Virus record (IMG/VR): IMGVR_UViG_3300042922_000270
Direction: 5' to 3' (one strand)
Origin: a virus
Taxonomy: Duplodnaviria; Heunggongvirae; Uroviricota; Caudoviricetes
Length of the DNA stretch: 64,000 nt
Shown here one piece after another: positions 1 to 9,581 of the stretch. Each line of letters opens with the position of its first letter. Position 1 is the first letter of the stretch. Made by a program: the position numbers and the translations under genes. The notes under the pieces were generated by a model, which worked only from the letters and a program-made list of their open reading frames with translations, did no database searches and was not told the DNA's origin.

Positions 1-1
1 T

Positions 2-631
2 CAGTTCTTAGTTGATACCTTTGACTTTGATGTAGCCATCTACGAGCCGTGGAGAGATCTAGATTGGAGAAGTCAGAACCAAGGACTTACCTTACCTAAT
101 GGAACTAATAGGAAGGCCGGCAGGTCTGGTAGCACCAGAAGGTCTAGCTTGTACTACACAGCAGGTGTAATCGACGTAGTGACAGGTGACTACAGCAGAG
201 ACCTACCTAAGATCGTTAATGCTCTAAAGGCAGCTAACGTTAAGGTATACTACACTCCCTCTATCAAGGCCGATAAGGTAGAGATGGGGGATAACCTGTT
301 AGTAGCTAGTCAGACTACTCGACACATAATCTCATACACTACCCCATACAATAATCTTCCGGAATACGTAGGCTATGGTCAGAGACGTTCAGGTAAGAGA
401 ATTATTAATAGCGCCTACTGCTATGCATATAAGATTAAGTCCACAGGGGCTACAACGCAAAGACTATGGGATGACCCCTTCCAGAACCACGGTAGCTTTA
501 GATACACGTCTTTGACTTGGGATACAGTCGGAGACATGACCTGGAATGAATTGCTAGAAGGCCATGAGAGGCAAGTTATGTCTCGCACTCAACAGTACAG
601 TATAACTACTGACACAACCACAGAAGTTTAA
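2..631 (+). CDS. Baseplate/tail wedge protein, 5'-truncated at the window edge
   Basis: The frame is open from base 2 (QFLVDTFDFDVAIYEPWRDL...SSLYYTAGVIDVV), so the listed TTG at 149 is not the true start. The IYEPW...YYxAxVIDV pattern resembles Herelleviridae-type baseplate proteins, and the gene lies upstream of fibre and baseplate genes. Confidence 0.55.
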   Translation, partial: QFLVDTFDFDVAIYEPWRDLDWRSQNQGLTLPNGTNRKAGRSGSTRRSSLYYTAGVIDVVTGDYSRDLPKIVNALKAANVKVYYTPSIKADKVEMGDNLLVASQTTRHIISYTTPYNNLPEYVGYGQRRSGKRIINSAYCYAYKIKSTGATTQRLWDDPFQNHGSFRYTSLTWDTVGDMTWNELLEGHERQVMSRTQQYSITTDTTTEV

Positions 632-644
632 GGAGAATATTTAA

Positions 645-3032
645 ATGGCTTATGGAGATGGAAGAGTTCATATCATTCCGTGGAAGCGTGTAGAAGGCTT
701 CCCAGCGGAAGAGATTCAAGATACTTCTGGGTCTAACGTTCAGGAGTATCTGAACACTCGTAGACGCTTTAGAGGTACCGTAGCTGACACCACTGCAAGA
801 GATGCTCTAGCTAGCACGGTTACTAGTGACTTTGTATATGTGGAATCTGTTAAGCAGTTTCACTATTACAATGGCTCAGCATGGGCTACTGTTGATTCTG
901 CTACGCTAGGTGGAGCTGCTCCTGCTACATCAGCAACAGCAGATACCATTGTTAAAAGAGATGCTTCAGGTAATATCATCGCTGCTGGGTTTACTGGTAG
1001 TGGTGCTAGCATTACCGGCATCAGTGCTGCAAACATCACAGCAGGTACACTACCGCTAGCTAGACTAGTTGGTATCACTAACACTGAGATCTCAGCCTCA
1101 GCCGCTATCGACTGGACTAAGATTAATAAGTCTGGATCAAGTCTTGGTGACCTAACTACTAGGTCTGCTGCTGATCTAAGTTCAGGTACTCTAGCTGATG
1201 GTCGTCTGTCATCTAACGTACCCCTTAAGAACACAGCCAATGACTATACCCAACCTACGAGCATTACCTATGGTGCTACTCAATATAAGTTTGGTACTGC
1301 TGCTGGTCAGGGTTCTATTACTGCTGACAATGCTTCAACTACTCTTGCTTGGGGCGCTGACTGGTCAGGCACTAATTGGGTAGCTCGTCAGACCACTTCA
1401 GCTCAGATGGCTATCTCCGGAGCTGATGTCAAGTTCTACGTCAATGCCGGCCTCACTGCAAGCTCTAACTTTACACCAACCCTAGTTGGTACAATCAACT
1501 CTAGTGGTTTCAACGGTGTCGGTACTGGTCTAACAGCTCTTAATGCTTCTAACTTAGGTTCAGGTACTGTACCCCTAGCTAGGCTCTCAGGCATCACTAA
1601 TACAGAAATCGCTGCTGGTGCCGCTATTGCAGATACCAAGCTCGGTACTATTTCTACTGCCCTAAAGGTATCTAACTCAGCTACTACTGCTACCTCTGCC
1701 CAGACAGCCAATGCTATCGTTGCTCGTGATGCTAACGGAGACTTCTCTGCTAGATATATTACCCTTAGTGGCGATCCGGTAAATGCTCTCCACGCTGCCA
1801 CTAAGCAGTATGTGGATAACATGGCTACTGGTTTAGATATTAAGGGTTCTGTGCGTGCAGCAACTACTGCTGTACTACCTACTAACACCAGATCAACCAA
1901 TACTCTTACTGCATCGGTTAACGGCGCTCTGCCTGCTATCGACGGTATCACTATGGTTGTTGGAGATAGGGTCCTCGTTAAGAACGAAGCTACCAGTGCT
2001 AACAATGGTATCTATACAATCACGTCTCTAGGTGCTGTCGGCGCTCCATGGACCATGCTCAGAGCTACTGATGCTGACGGTTCACCTGCTTCAGAAGTTA
2101 CTTCTGGTATGTTTACCTTCGTAGAAGAAGGAACTACTAATGCTGATACTGGTTGGGTACTAACTACTAACAACCCTATCACGCTAAATACTTCAAGCTT
2201 GGTATTCACTCAGTTTGCTGGTGTTGGTACGTTCACTGCTGGTTCTGGTCTAACCAACACTGGTACTACGTTTGATGTGAACGTAGATAACTCAACTCTA
2301 GAAGTTAACAGTGACCAGGTACGAGTAAAAGCTCTAGGTATCACTAACTCACACATTAGTGCTACTGCTGCTATTGCAGATACTAAACTAGGTACCATCT
2401 CTACTGCTGGTAAGGTTTCAGACTCAGCTCTATCTTCAAACATCCCGTTGAAGAATGGTTCTAACATCTTTACCGTAGGCCAGTCTATCAAGTTTGGTAC
2501 TGCAGGATCTACCGCACTAGGTATCGGTGTATCAGGAGATACAACCAATAAGTTCCAGATTACTAACGACGGAATAATCTCGTTTGGTGCTGGCGGATCT
2601 ACAGCAGTAGACACTAACCTGTACAGATCAGCAGCCAATACACTCAAAACTGACGATGACTTCATTGTTGGTACCAACCTATCAGTAACTGGTACATCTA
2701 CTCTAACTGGTAACACCACGATGGGTGTCGGTGCTACGCTTACTCTTGCAGTTGCTCCCTCTGTGGATATGCACGCTGCTACCAAGAAGTATGTAGACGA
2801 TAAGCAAGCTGCAACTTATGTAGACAAAGAGATTCCTACAGGAACTATTAATGGTTCTAACACAGTATTCACCCTAGCCAACACCCCAATAACAGGTTCA
2901 GATCATGTATATGTTTCAGGCATGCTATTCCTAGCAGGCACTCACTACAACATCTCTGGAGCTACTATTACCTTTGTTTCTGGTTACCAGCCTCAGACTG
3001 GTGAGTGGATCAGAGTATCTTACAGAAAGTAA
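645..3032 (+). CDS. Tail fibre-like protein (795 aa)
   Basis: Ser/Thr/Ala-rich. Repeats such as GTLPLARLxGITNTEI and IADTKLGTIST, HAATKxYVD fibre motifs, and a C-terminal GTINGSNTVFTL module. RBS GGAG upstream. Confidence 0.8.
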   Translation: MAYGDGRVHIIPWKRVEGFPAEEIQDTSGSNVQEYLNTRRRFRGTVADTTARDALASTVTSDFVYVESVKQFHYYNGSAWATVDSATLGGAAPATSATADTIVKRDASGNIIAAGFTGSGASITGISAANITAGTLPLARLVGITNTEISASAAIDWTKINKSGSSLGDLTTRSAADLSSGTLADGRLSSNVPLKNTANDYTQPTSITYGATQYKFGTAAGQGSITADNASTTLAWGADWSGTNWVARQTTSAQMAISGADVKFYVNAGLTASSNFTPTLVGTINSSGFNGVGTGLTALNASNLGSGTVPLARLSGITNTEIAAGAAIADTKLGTISTALKVSNSATTATSAQTANAIVARDANGDFSARYITLSGDPVNALHAATKQYVDNMATGLDIKGSVRAATTAVLPTNTRSTNTLTASVNGALPAIDGITMVVGDRVLVKNEATSANNGIYTITSLGAVGAPWTMLRATDADGSPASEVTSGMFTFVEEGTTNADTGWVLTTNNPITLNTSSLVFTQFAGVGTFTAGSGLTNTGTTFDVNVDNSTLEVNSDQVRVKALGITNSHISATAAIADTKLGTISTAGKVSDSALSSNIPLKNGSNIFTVGQSIKFGTAGSTALGIGVSGDTTNKFQITNDGIISFGAGGSTAVDTNLYRSAANTLKTDDDFIVGTNLSVTGTSTLTGNTTMGVGATLTLAVAPSVDMHAATKKYVDDKQAATYVDKEIPTGTINGSNTVFTLANTPITGSDHVYVSGMLFLAGTHYNISGATITFVSGYQPQTGEWIRVSYRK

Positions 3033-3049
3033 TTGCCCAGAATAGTCCG

Positions 3050-3078
3050 TTGCACTATTACTAGAATAGCTATATAAT
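3050..3078 (+). promoter_or_regulatory. sigma70-type promoter
   Basis: TTGCAC (3050-3055), 17-nt spacer, TATAAT (3073-3078), in the intergenic gap before 3114. Confidence 0.7.
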
Positions 3079-3113
3079 GTTTAATCATATGACCCACAAT
3101 AGAGGAACCACAA

Positions 3114-3899
3114 ATGCCTAATGCTACCGCTACACTTTTAGCTCATGTACGTAGAGCTGTTCAGTTCTACAACGAGACTGACGTTTATGTAGGCTTCGGT
3201 AAGTCCGATCCCTGGAGTAACGAAAGTGCTCCTCCGAATCCTGATCCTGCATCTAGAAATATAGGTATGGTAATCAACGAGACTTACACTGGTAGTAGCC
3301 TAACTTCAACAACTGCACAAGCTAAGATCAATAGAGATCTCTTTGTAGGCGGAGTTAAGGTATATAGAGTAACCGCATTAACCTCGAACACCTATGAAGT
3401 AAGAGAGGTTGGAGGAGCTGGTGCTCTACAAGGTAATGCTTCTTATGCAGTACAAGAAGCTGCTAGGGCCGACATTATCGTGGGTGTAGACATTAAGGTT
3501 AATGGAACCCTAACTCCCGCCGATACATACACCTTTACGGTAGATGGAGCTGTGGGCTTTAAGAAGGTCTCTGAGAAGCACATCATTGCTCAGGATCCAG
3601 ATGGAACCATCGTGTTTGGTTCTGAGAAGTACTCTATTGTTGATCCAGCTCTAGCTTATGATAATAACGCTAGGTGGGTGTATATTAAGACCACTTTTGA
3701 GTATGACGAACTACCAGCTACTGACTACAGACAGTTAGGTATATTCGTAGGTCTAGTTAAGAAGGATGGAGTGGTCGCTGAAGCTCTACTGCCTTCAGAT
3801 ATTGAGTCTACCGGTATCATGGTTCTCACAGAGAACAGAAGGGTAGTTTACAGAGACGAGACTACTAAAGAAATAGTAGAGTTTATTGTGGAGCACTAA
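3114..3899 (+). CDS. Baseplate wedge/virion structural protein (Herelleviridae-like, T4 gp8-like)
   Basis: YVGFGKSDPWSNESAPPNPDP and ARWVYI...DELPATDYRQLG motifs; directly upstream of the DUF4815 gene. Confidence 0.7.
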   Translation: MPNATATLLAHVRRAVQFYNETDVYVGFGKSDPWSNESAPPNPDPASRNIGMVINETYTGSSLTSTTAQAKINRDLFVGGVKVYRVTALTSNTYEVREVGGAGALQGNASYAVQEAARADIIVGVDIKVNGTLTPADTYTFTVDGAVGFKKVSEKHIIAQDPDGTIVFGSEKYSIVDPALAYDNNARWVYIKTTFEYDELPATDYRQLGIFVGLVKKDGVVAEALLPSDIESTGIMVLTENRRVVYRDETTKEIVEFIVEH

Positions 3900-3905
3900 T
3901 AAGAA

Positions 3906-6900
3906 ATGGCTAACGAGAACGGATATTACAATAATTTCGACCCTAACGATAACTACTACGAAGTAAGAGCCATCGCCGGACGCGTAGAGCAGTCCAGGGA
4001 AGATAATGAGCTACAGGCCATTGCCAAGCATATCTCAAAGGGTATTGCGGATAACCTGTGGAAGAACGGCCAGAAGCTTCGTGGCGGGGAACTAGCACCA
4101 GACATTGCTAACCCAAAGAGTATCACCGTTAAGAGCGCTGAGGTGTACTATAACGGTGTTGTACATACTGTGCCTTCAAGCACGGTCACTATTGCTGGTG
4201 TTGGCAATGAAACCATTGGGGTCCTCTTTACTGAAGAGGTAGTAACCTACATTACTGATGAGAGGCTAAAAGATCCCGCTCTAGGTGAAGATAACGTAGG
4301 CCAGCCCGGCGCTAATCGTCTAAAGATTACCAAGCAGTGGACTGTAAACAATCCTAATGCCGTAGTGGTATATAACTTCATCGATGGTAAGCTAGCTCGC
4401 CTACCAGATGATGGTATTGATGCTGTCAATCAAACTCTAGCACGCCGTACTTATGATGAGTCAGGTAACTACACTGTTAACGGTTTCGACGTAAGCGTAG
4501 AGACTAAAGATAGCGATAGCTTTTATGCTGTGGTTGGTAACAACTCAGTTACTGGTTCTTCAAGTAAGGCCTATGTGCAGGGTCGAGAGATTGTTAAGCT
4601 TATTCCTGAGCGTATCTCAATTCAGAAGGCTAACGACCCTAGACTATACGAGCTAGACCAGGTTATTTACACAGGCGTAGCCCAGTCACTAGTTATCAAC
4701 GGTACCACTGTAAATTCTTCAGACCTACTACGTGTAGCTGAGGATCGTGTGCGTGATTTTACAGAAGTCTTTGCAGAGTTCAGAGTTGAGAACAAGGCTG
4801 TAACTCATGGTGGTACAGACTCAGTAGATAGTTTCATTAACTCTGGAGAGTCTCTTCGTGAGATCTATGCAGTTAAGAACACCTCTGGTGGGGCCACTGC
4901 ATACTCAGCGGGCACTGATTACCTGAAGACTGGTAATACTATTAACTGGGCACCCGTAGGTGCAGAGCCTGCTTCTGGTGCTACCTACTACGTTGACTAC
5001 AGATACAAGCGCAAGCTTAATCCATCAGAGTACTCTCTAGTTGTGGATGAGGCTACTGGTGCTTCTTACCTAGACCTAACTAACTGCAACCCTAAGCCTG
5101 AGGCTAACTATGGTGTAGATGTAAGCTACAACTACTACCTATCTCGCATCGACGTTCTATACGTTAAGCCTGATGGTGTTATCGAAGTAGCTCGTGGCGA
5201 GTCTGAGCGTAATGCTTCTGCCAAGCCTGTTCCCCCTGGTATGCTCGGTCTCTGTGAGATCGCTATTCCTGCAGGCCGTGGTGCCGAGAGTGCTGTTGTA
5301 ACTCAATACAACACACGCAGATTCACCATGGAAGATTTCCACAGGATCCTAACTCGTCTAGAGCGTGCTGAGTATAATCAAGCCGTTAAGGATCTAGACT
5401 CAAGCGCTATTCAGTACGCTGGTTCTAGCTCAACAACTCTGTCAGGTATCCTAACCGAAGGATTCGTATATACTGCCGACGACATCATCTATGATGGCGT
5501 AAATGGTATTAGCCGTATCAAGTTCGATAAGGCTCTAACTAACAATCGTATTATTGACGTACCCGCTCAGGAGCTAGTTCTCCCCGAGATTCAGAGCACC
5601 ACACTGCTAACTATTCTAGAAGGTGATACAACAGCTCGTAAATTCGCTAACACTGTAACAATGGCTACCCTATCTGAAACCAATGCTCTTGTGTCTCAGC
5701 TAGTAGCTAGCAGTGCGCTAAAAATCAACCCTTATGGTACTTCACAGAGTTCTCCAACTATCTTTATCACCCCGAGTGTAGATAGCGAGACTGAGTCTGA
5801 TGCGGTTATTACATCTAACTCAAATGTACTACTAACTCCTCTAGTTCAGACCAGAGAGCAGTTCCCTAGCACAACTCAGACCGCAGCAAAGGATAATAAC
5901 CTAAGACAGTTCACTAACAGCATCAAGACTTATATCAAGTCTGGTAAGGTTGTTCACGTGAGAGGCTTTGGTTATCCTGCTGATGCTATTGTTCAGGCTT
6001 CATTCGATAACCAGACTGTAGTTCTAACCCCTGTAACAAGTACTGTTGGCCTACCTGCTGGAATGACTCTACCTGCTGGCGCTGCAACTATTGCAGGTGT
6101 TGACGGTAAGGTTCAGTGTAACTCTAATGGCGAGTTCCTAGCTAAGTTTAACGTTCCTGTTGGTGTCACTACAGGCATCAAGGGTGTAGTAGTTTCAGAT
6201 GCTCAGGGTAACTCAGGGTCTGCTGCCTTTGACGGTAGAGGTCTTCAGAAGGCTGCTCTAGCTCCTACTCTCAAGAGAGTATCTGAAGTTGTAGCAGCAC
6301 CTGTTCCTAAGATTGTTACTTTCAACGCACCTTCCAATATGGTAGGTGGTTCTGGAACTGTGACCTTCACTGGTTCACTAACTGGACTAGCTACTAAGGG
6401 TATCGTCAGACTAGGCACCGGTGTACTAGAAGAGTTCACTATCTCTCCTACATCTACCAACTTCTCCTTCACTACTACTGCTACAGTAGCTACTGCAACC
6501 CACTATGAGGTGTTCTTAATTGGTCCTTCAGGTAGGTCAGAAGTTAAGGCTGGTGTTATCCAGTTTGGTGGTCTAGACCCAATTGGGACCGCTCCTGTTG
6601 TTGATATCTTCAGTGTTCCTACAGATAGTTCTAACATTGGTTATTCAACAGCTACTGTTGCATGGAAGTTCTCAGGTCAAGTAGAGAAGGTGACTCTAAA
6701 CTTCTCTAATGATTCATACACCAACCGCAGCACCCACGTCCTAACTAACCTACCCACCTCAGGTACTCTAAAGTTAGATGTGTTTGAGTCTGGTACTGTT
6801 ACCATCTCAGCTTCTGGTCCTGGTGGTATCGTAAGTAAGACCGCTCAGGTCAATGTTCGTAGGTTCGTAGCCAAGTCAGCTCTAGTTAAGCGTGATCCTA

Positions 6901-7994
6901 TTGGTCAGACGTTCTTCCTCAAAGAGGGTACTCTTGCTACTGAGGTAGAGGTGTTCTTCAAGGCTAAATCAGCTACTGTACCTGTCACTCTAGAGATCCG
7001 TAACGTTGTGAACGGCTACCCCGGTGCAGAGATCCTAGCATCTAAACAGCTAAGCCCTCTAGTGGACACCATTGCAGTATCTACTGATGGTTCAGCAGCA
7101 ACTAGGTTTATCTTTGCTAACCCTGTGTGGCTAGATACTGATGGCTCGACTGGTACTAAGGAGTATGCCATTGTTCTGCAGACAGATAGTCCTGACTATG
7201 ACGTCTTCGTAGCTAAGATTGGTGAGAATACTCTAGGTGCAACCCCTAAGCTAATCCAGTCACAGGCCTACCTAGATGGTGTTCTATTCTCATCAAGCAA
7301 CAACCTAACCTGGTCACCGATTCAGGATAGTGATCTTAAGTTTGCCCTTAAGACTGCTACCTTCAATCAGACTACCACTAACATCCTAGCCTTCCAGTCG
7401 ATCATTACTTCTAACTGTACCGGTATGTTTGTGAAGACTGACATTGCTAACCAGGATGCTCAGAACATAGTAGCCTTCCAGTATAAGCTCAACAACACAG
7501 GTGCTTGGGTATCTATGGCTCCTGGAACTTATGTAGACTTCGATGTTCCTGCCAGTCAGATCGACATCAGAGCACTACTATCTGGATCGACTACAACTTC
7601 ACCTGTAGTGGACTTCAGCACAGTAACTGCTAAGCTTCTGTTCAGACAGTCATCAGGTGAATACATCTCAAAGAGAGCTACCTTTGCTCAGGCCTACAAC
7701 AAGGTAAGAATGGTCACCAGATCACTAGTACCTGCTCAGGGTACAGTTAAGGTCTACTTCACGGATGAGACCCCTGGTGCAGGTCCTGGAGGCTTCCAGT
7801 GGACGGAGGTTACTAACTTCGGTGCTTCTGTACTCCTACCAGATGGTAAGTACATCGAGAAGGATAACAAGCCTGGTACAACTCTAGGTACTAACTCTAA
7901 CCGTAAATTCTTCAGATTCAGGGTAAGACTAGAGACCACCGACATTACTGTAACTCCTAGAGTTCGTAATGTCATGGGTATCGTAAATGCATAG
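3906..7994 (+). CDS. DUF4815-domain adsorption-associated tail protein (1362 aa)
   Basis: YYNNFDP...GRVEQSREDNELQ, GADR-like GANRLKI, LARRTYDESGNY and DPIGQTFF motifs typical of this family in large myoviruses. Confidence 0.85.
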   Translation: MANENGYYNNFDPNDNYYEVRAIAGRVEQSREDNELQAIAKHISKGIADNLWKNGQKLRGGELAPDIANPKSITVKSAEVYYNGVVHTVPSSTVTIAGVGNETIGVLFTEEVVTYITDERLKDPALGEDNVGQPGANRLKITKQWTVNNPNAVVVYNFIDGKLARLPDDGIDAVNQTLARRTYDESGNYTVNGFDVSVETKDSDSFYAVVGNNSVTGSSSKAYVQGREIVKLIPERISIQKANDPRLYELDQVIYTGVAQSLVINGTTVNSSDLLRVAEDRVRDFTEVFAEFRVENKAVTHGGTDSVDSFINSGESLREIYAVKNTSGGATAYSAGTDYLKTGNTINWAPVGAEPASGATYYVDYRYKRKLNPSEYSLVVDEATGASYLDLTNCNPKPEANYGVDVSYNYYLSRIDVLYVKPDGVIEVARGESERNASAKPVPPGMLGLCEIAIPAGRGAESAVVTQYNTRRFTMEDFHRILTRLERAEYNQAVKDLDSSAIQYAGSSSTTLSGILTEGFVYTADDIIYDGVNGISRIKFDKALTNNRIIDVPAQELVLPEIQSTTLLTILEGDTTARKFANTVTMATLSETNALVSQLVASSALKINPYGTSQSSPTIFITPSVDSETESDAVITSNSNVLLTPLVQTREQFPSTTQTAAKDNNLRQFTNSIKTYIKSGKVVHVRGFGYPADAIVQASFDNQTVVLTPVTSTVGLPAGMTLPAGAATIAGVDGKVQCNSNGEFLAKFNVPVGVTTGIKGVVVSDAQGNSGSAAFDGRGLQKAALAPTLKRVSEVVAAPVPKIVTFNAPSNMVGGSGTVTFTGSLTGLATKGIVRLGTGVLEEFTISPTSTNFSFTTTATVATATHYEVFLIGPSGRSEVKAGVIQFGGLDPIGTAPVVDIFSVPTDSSNIGYSTATVAWKFSGQVEKVTLNFSNDSYTNRSTHVLTNLPTSGTLKLDVFESGTVTISASGPGGIVSKTAQVNVRRFVAKSALVKRDPIGQTFFLKEGTLATEVEVFFKAKSATVPVTLEIRNVVNGYPGAEILASKQLSPLVDTIAVSTDGSAATRFIFANPVWLDTDGSTGTKEYAIVLQTDSPDYDVFVAKIGENTLGATPKLIQSQAYLDGVLFSSSNNLTWSPIQDSDLKFALKTATFNQTTTNILAFQSIITSNCTGMFVKTDIANQDAQNIVAFQYKLNNTGAWVSMAPGTYVDFDVPASQIDIRALLSGSTTTSPVVDFSTVTAKLLFRQSSGEYISKRATFAQAYNKVRMVTRSLVPAQGTVKVYFTDETPGAGPGGFQWTEVTNFGASVLLPDGKYIEKDNKPGTTLGTNSNRKFFRFRVRLETTDITVTPRVRNVMGIVNA

Positions 7995-8130
7995 TTATAT
8001 TGATAATGGTTCAGGAGCGGTGGTATTCGTACCATCGCCCGAACAACAACAAATCAACGAACTGAAAGAGCGCGTAGCCCAGCTAGAGCAACTAGTCTAT
8101 GGGCTTAGCCTCATGGTGAGGAAAGACTAA
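7987..8130 (+). CDS. Small coiled-coil virion-associated protein (47 aa), absent from the ORF track
   Basis: Hand translation: MHSYIDNGSGAVVFVPSPEQQQINELKERVAQLEQLVYGLSLMVRKD. It overlaps the DUF4815 stop and is coupled to the next gene by TAATG. Confidence 0.7.
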   Translation: MHSYIDNGSGAVVFVPSPEQQQINELKERVAQLEQLVYGLSLMVRKD

Positions 8131-8792
8131 TGGCATCGTTTAACTTTAATCCCATTACCCGTGATCAGACTATCGACCAGTCGTTCCAAGGTATCAACGA
8201 TAACTTCGATAACCTAAATGATGCGTTCATTAACGTTGACTCTACTGTTTCTAACTTAGGTGGTGCAATCCAGACCATCGATGAGAACTCAGTTAGAATC
8301 AAGGTATTCCAGGCCATCATTTCTACGCCCAACCAGACCGTCTATTACACGCCTGAACCTTATCAGACTGGTAGACTCATGGTTTACTCTGGAGGCCTAC
8401 TCATGGCCCCAGGAGTGCACTATACTGAGACCAATGATACTACCATCACATTTGTTGAAGGTCGTGAGGCTACAGAAGTAGTTCAGATTATTGAGTTCCA
8501 GGTAGGTGACGGAGACAATCTACCATTCCCGATCGGCACCATTACTATTTTCACCAGTACAGAGACTGCTGCAGGTACTATCGATGGTACGGACGGTACA
8601 GATGGTAACGGCACGTTCACCCTTACTCACGACATCCATACTGGTTCTACACCTGCTGTAAGAATCTCAGGTATCGTCGAGCTAGTCCCCGAAGAAGACT
8701 TCACTTGGGTTGGTAACACAATTACTATCCTAGCCCCTAACAAGCCCATTGTGGGAGAGACTGTAGTAGTACAGTACCAGTGGAGTAGCTAA
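8130..8792 (+). CDS. Virion/fibre accessory protein
   Basis: N-terminal INDNFDNL helix plus two copies of the G-x-x-Y-T-x-x-x-x-T-I-T-F beta module shared with neighbouring fibres. Confidence 0.6.
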   Translation: MASFNFNPITRDQTIDQSFQGINDNFDNLNDAFINVDSTVSNLGGAIQTIDENSVRIKVFQAIISTPNQTVYYTPEPYQTGRLMVYSGGLLMAPGVHYTETNDTTITFVEGREATEVVQIIEFQVGDGDNLPFPIGTITIFTSTETAAGTIDGTDGTDGNGTFTLTHDIHTGSTPAVRISGIVELVPEEDFTWVGNTITILAPNKPIVGETVVVQYQWSS

Positions 8793-9568
8793 TGGCGGGA
8801 GGGCTTGGTGGACACAGAGTTATTGATAACTCAATCCCTGCGGGTAAACTCAAACAGGACGCCATAGCTCAAGTCATCAATGCTGTAGCCCTTATCTTTC
8901 CTCTAGAAGTAGAGAACGTAACAGTAGTATCTGGTCAAACTAGCTTTACTGTTACGGTCTCTACAGGGCCCAGCAGCGGATTAAAAGACTATGGAATCGT
9001 GGTAGCTAGTAACTCTTTTGAGTTGGTAAAAGAATACGGTAACGTTATTCTATTAAACGAGTTTGATGAGGAGATGACTGTCTGGGGCCGTGTAACCATG
9101 GCTTCCGGTAGCTCTGGTTCTTACACTTACACAGTTACTACCTACCAAGGCAATAAGGGTGTAGAGAATCCTTCTATTGCTACGTTGCCTGGGAGTAGTA
9201 TAGCTACAGTTGTATTACCTCTTCGTAAGCAATTATCTAACGTGTCTCAGACTGAGTTAACCAACGCTAGACTTATAAGTGGAGGCACTGCCACTTCGGA
9301 AGAGGTAAATGATTTGTTAACTAGAGTGGCTCAAATCGAAGCTCAGGGAGTAGAGCTATATAATGAAACTCCAACAGGGGTTGTTAGCCTTGGTAATCAT
9401 GCCTTTAGCTTAACCCATTCACCTATTGCAGGAAGTACGCAGCTTATTGCTTATGGGTTGTGTTTGACCCCTGGAGTACATTATAATATTTCAGGTAGCA
9501 CGCTCACGTATGTAGATGGATTCGAACCTGCTTCTGGCGACACCCACAGAATAAGTTATCGTTATTAA
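8792..9568 (+). CDS. Virion/fibre accessory protein
   Basis: C-terminal module ETPTGVV...PGVHYNISGSTLTY...YRY is paralogous to the C-terminus of 645..3032. Confidence 0.55.
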   Translation: MAGGLGGHRVIDNSIPAGKLKQDAIAQVINAVALIFPLEVENVTVVSGQTSFTVTVSTGPSSGLKDYGIVVASNSFELVKEYGNVILLNEFDEEMTVWGRVTMASGSSGSYTYTVTTYQGNKGVENPSIATLPGSSIATVVLPLRKQLSNVSQTELTNARLISGGTATSEEVNDLLTRVAQIEAQGVELYNETPTGVVSLGNHAFSLTHSPIAGSTQLIAYGLCLTPGVHYNISGSTLTYVDGFEPASGDTHRISYRY

Positions 9569-9581
9569 CGGAGAATATTAA

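Noticed and set aside
866-2785. Long antisense ORFs opposite the first fibre gene (866-1240, 1436-2005, 2012-2209, 2210-2785) and similar ones opposite other genes
   Set aside because: These are shadow ORFs produced by the biased codon usage of the real gene; they have no RBS, no motifs and V/A/L/P-rich composition.
3062-3078. TAGAATAG before TATAAT here and at 35015-35028 as a phage late-promoter motif
   Set aside because: Only two intergenic instances with different spacing, and the 8-mer also occurs inside a coding region (29882), so chance cannot be excluded.
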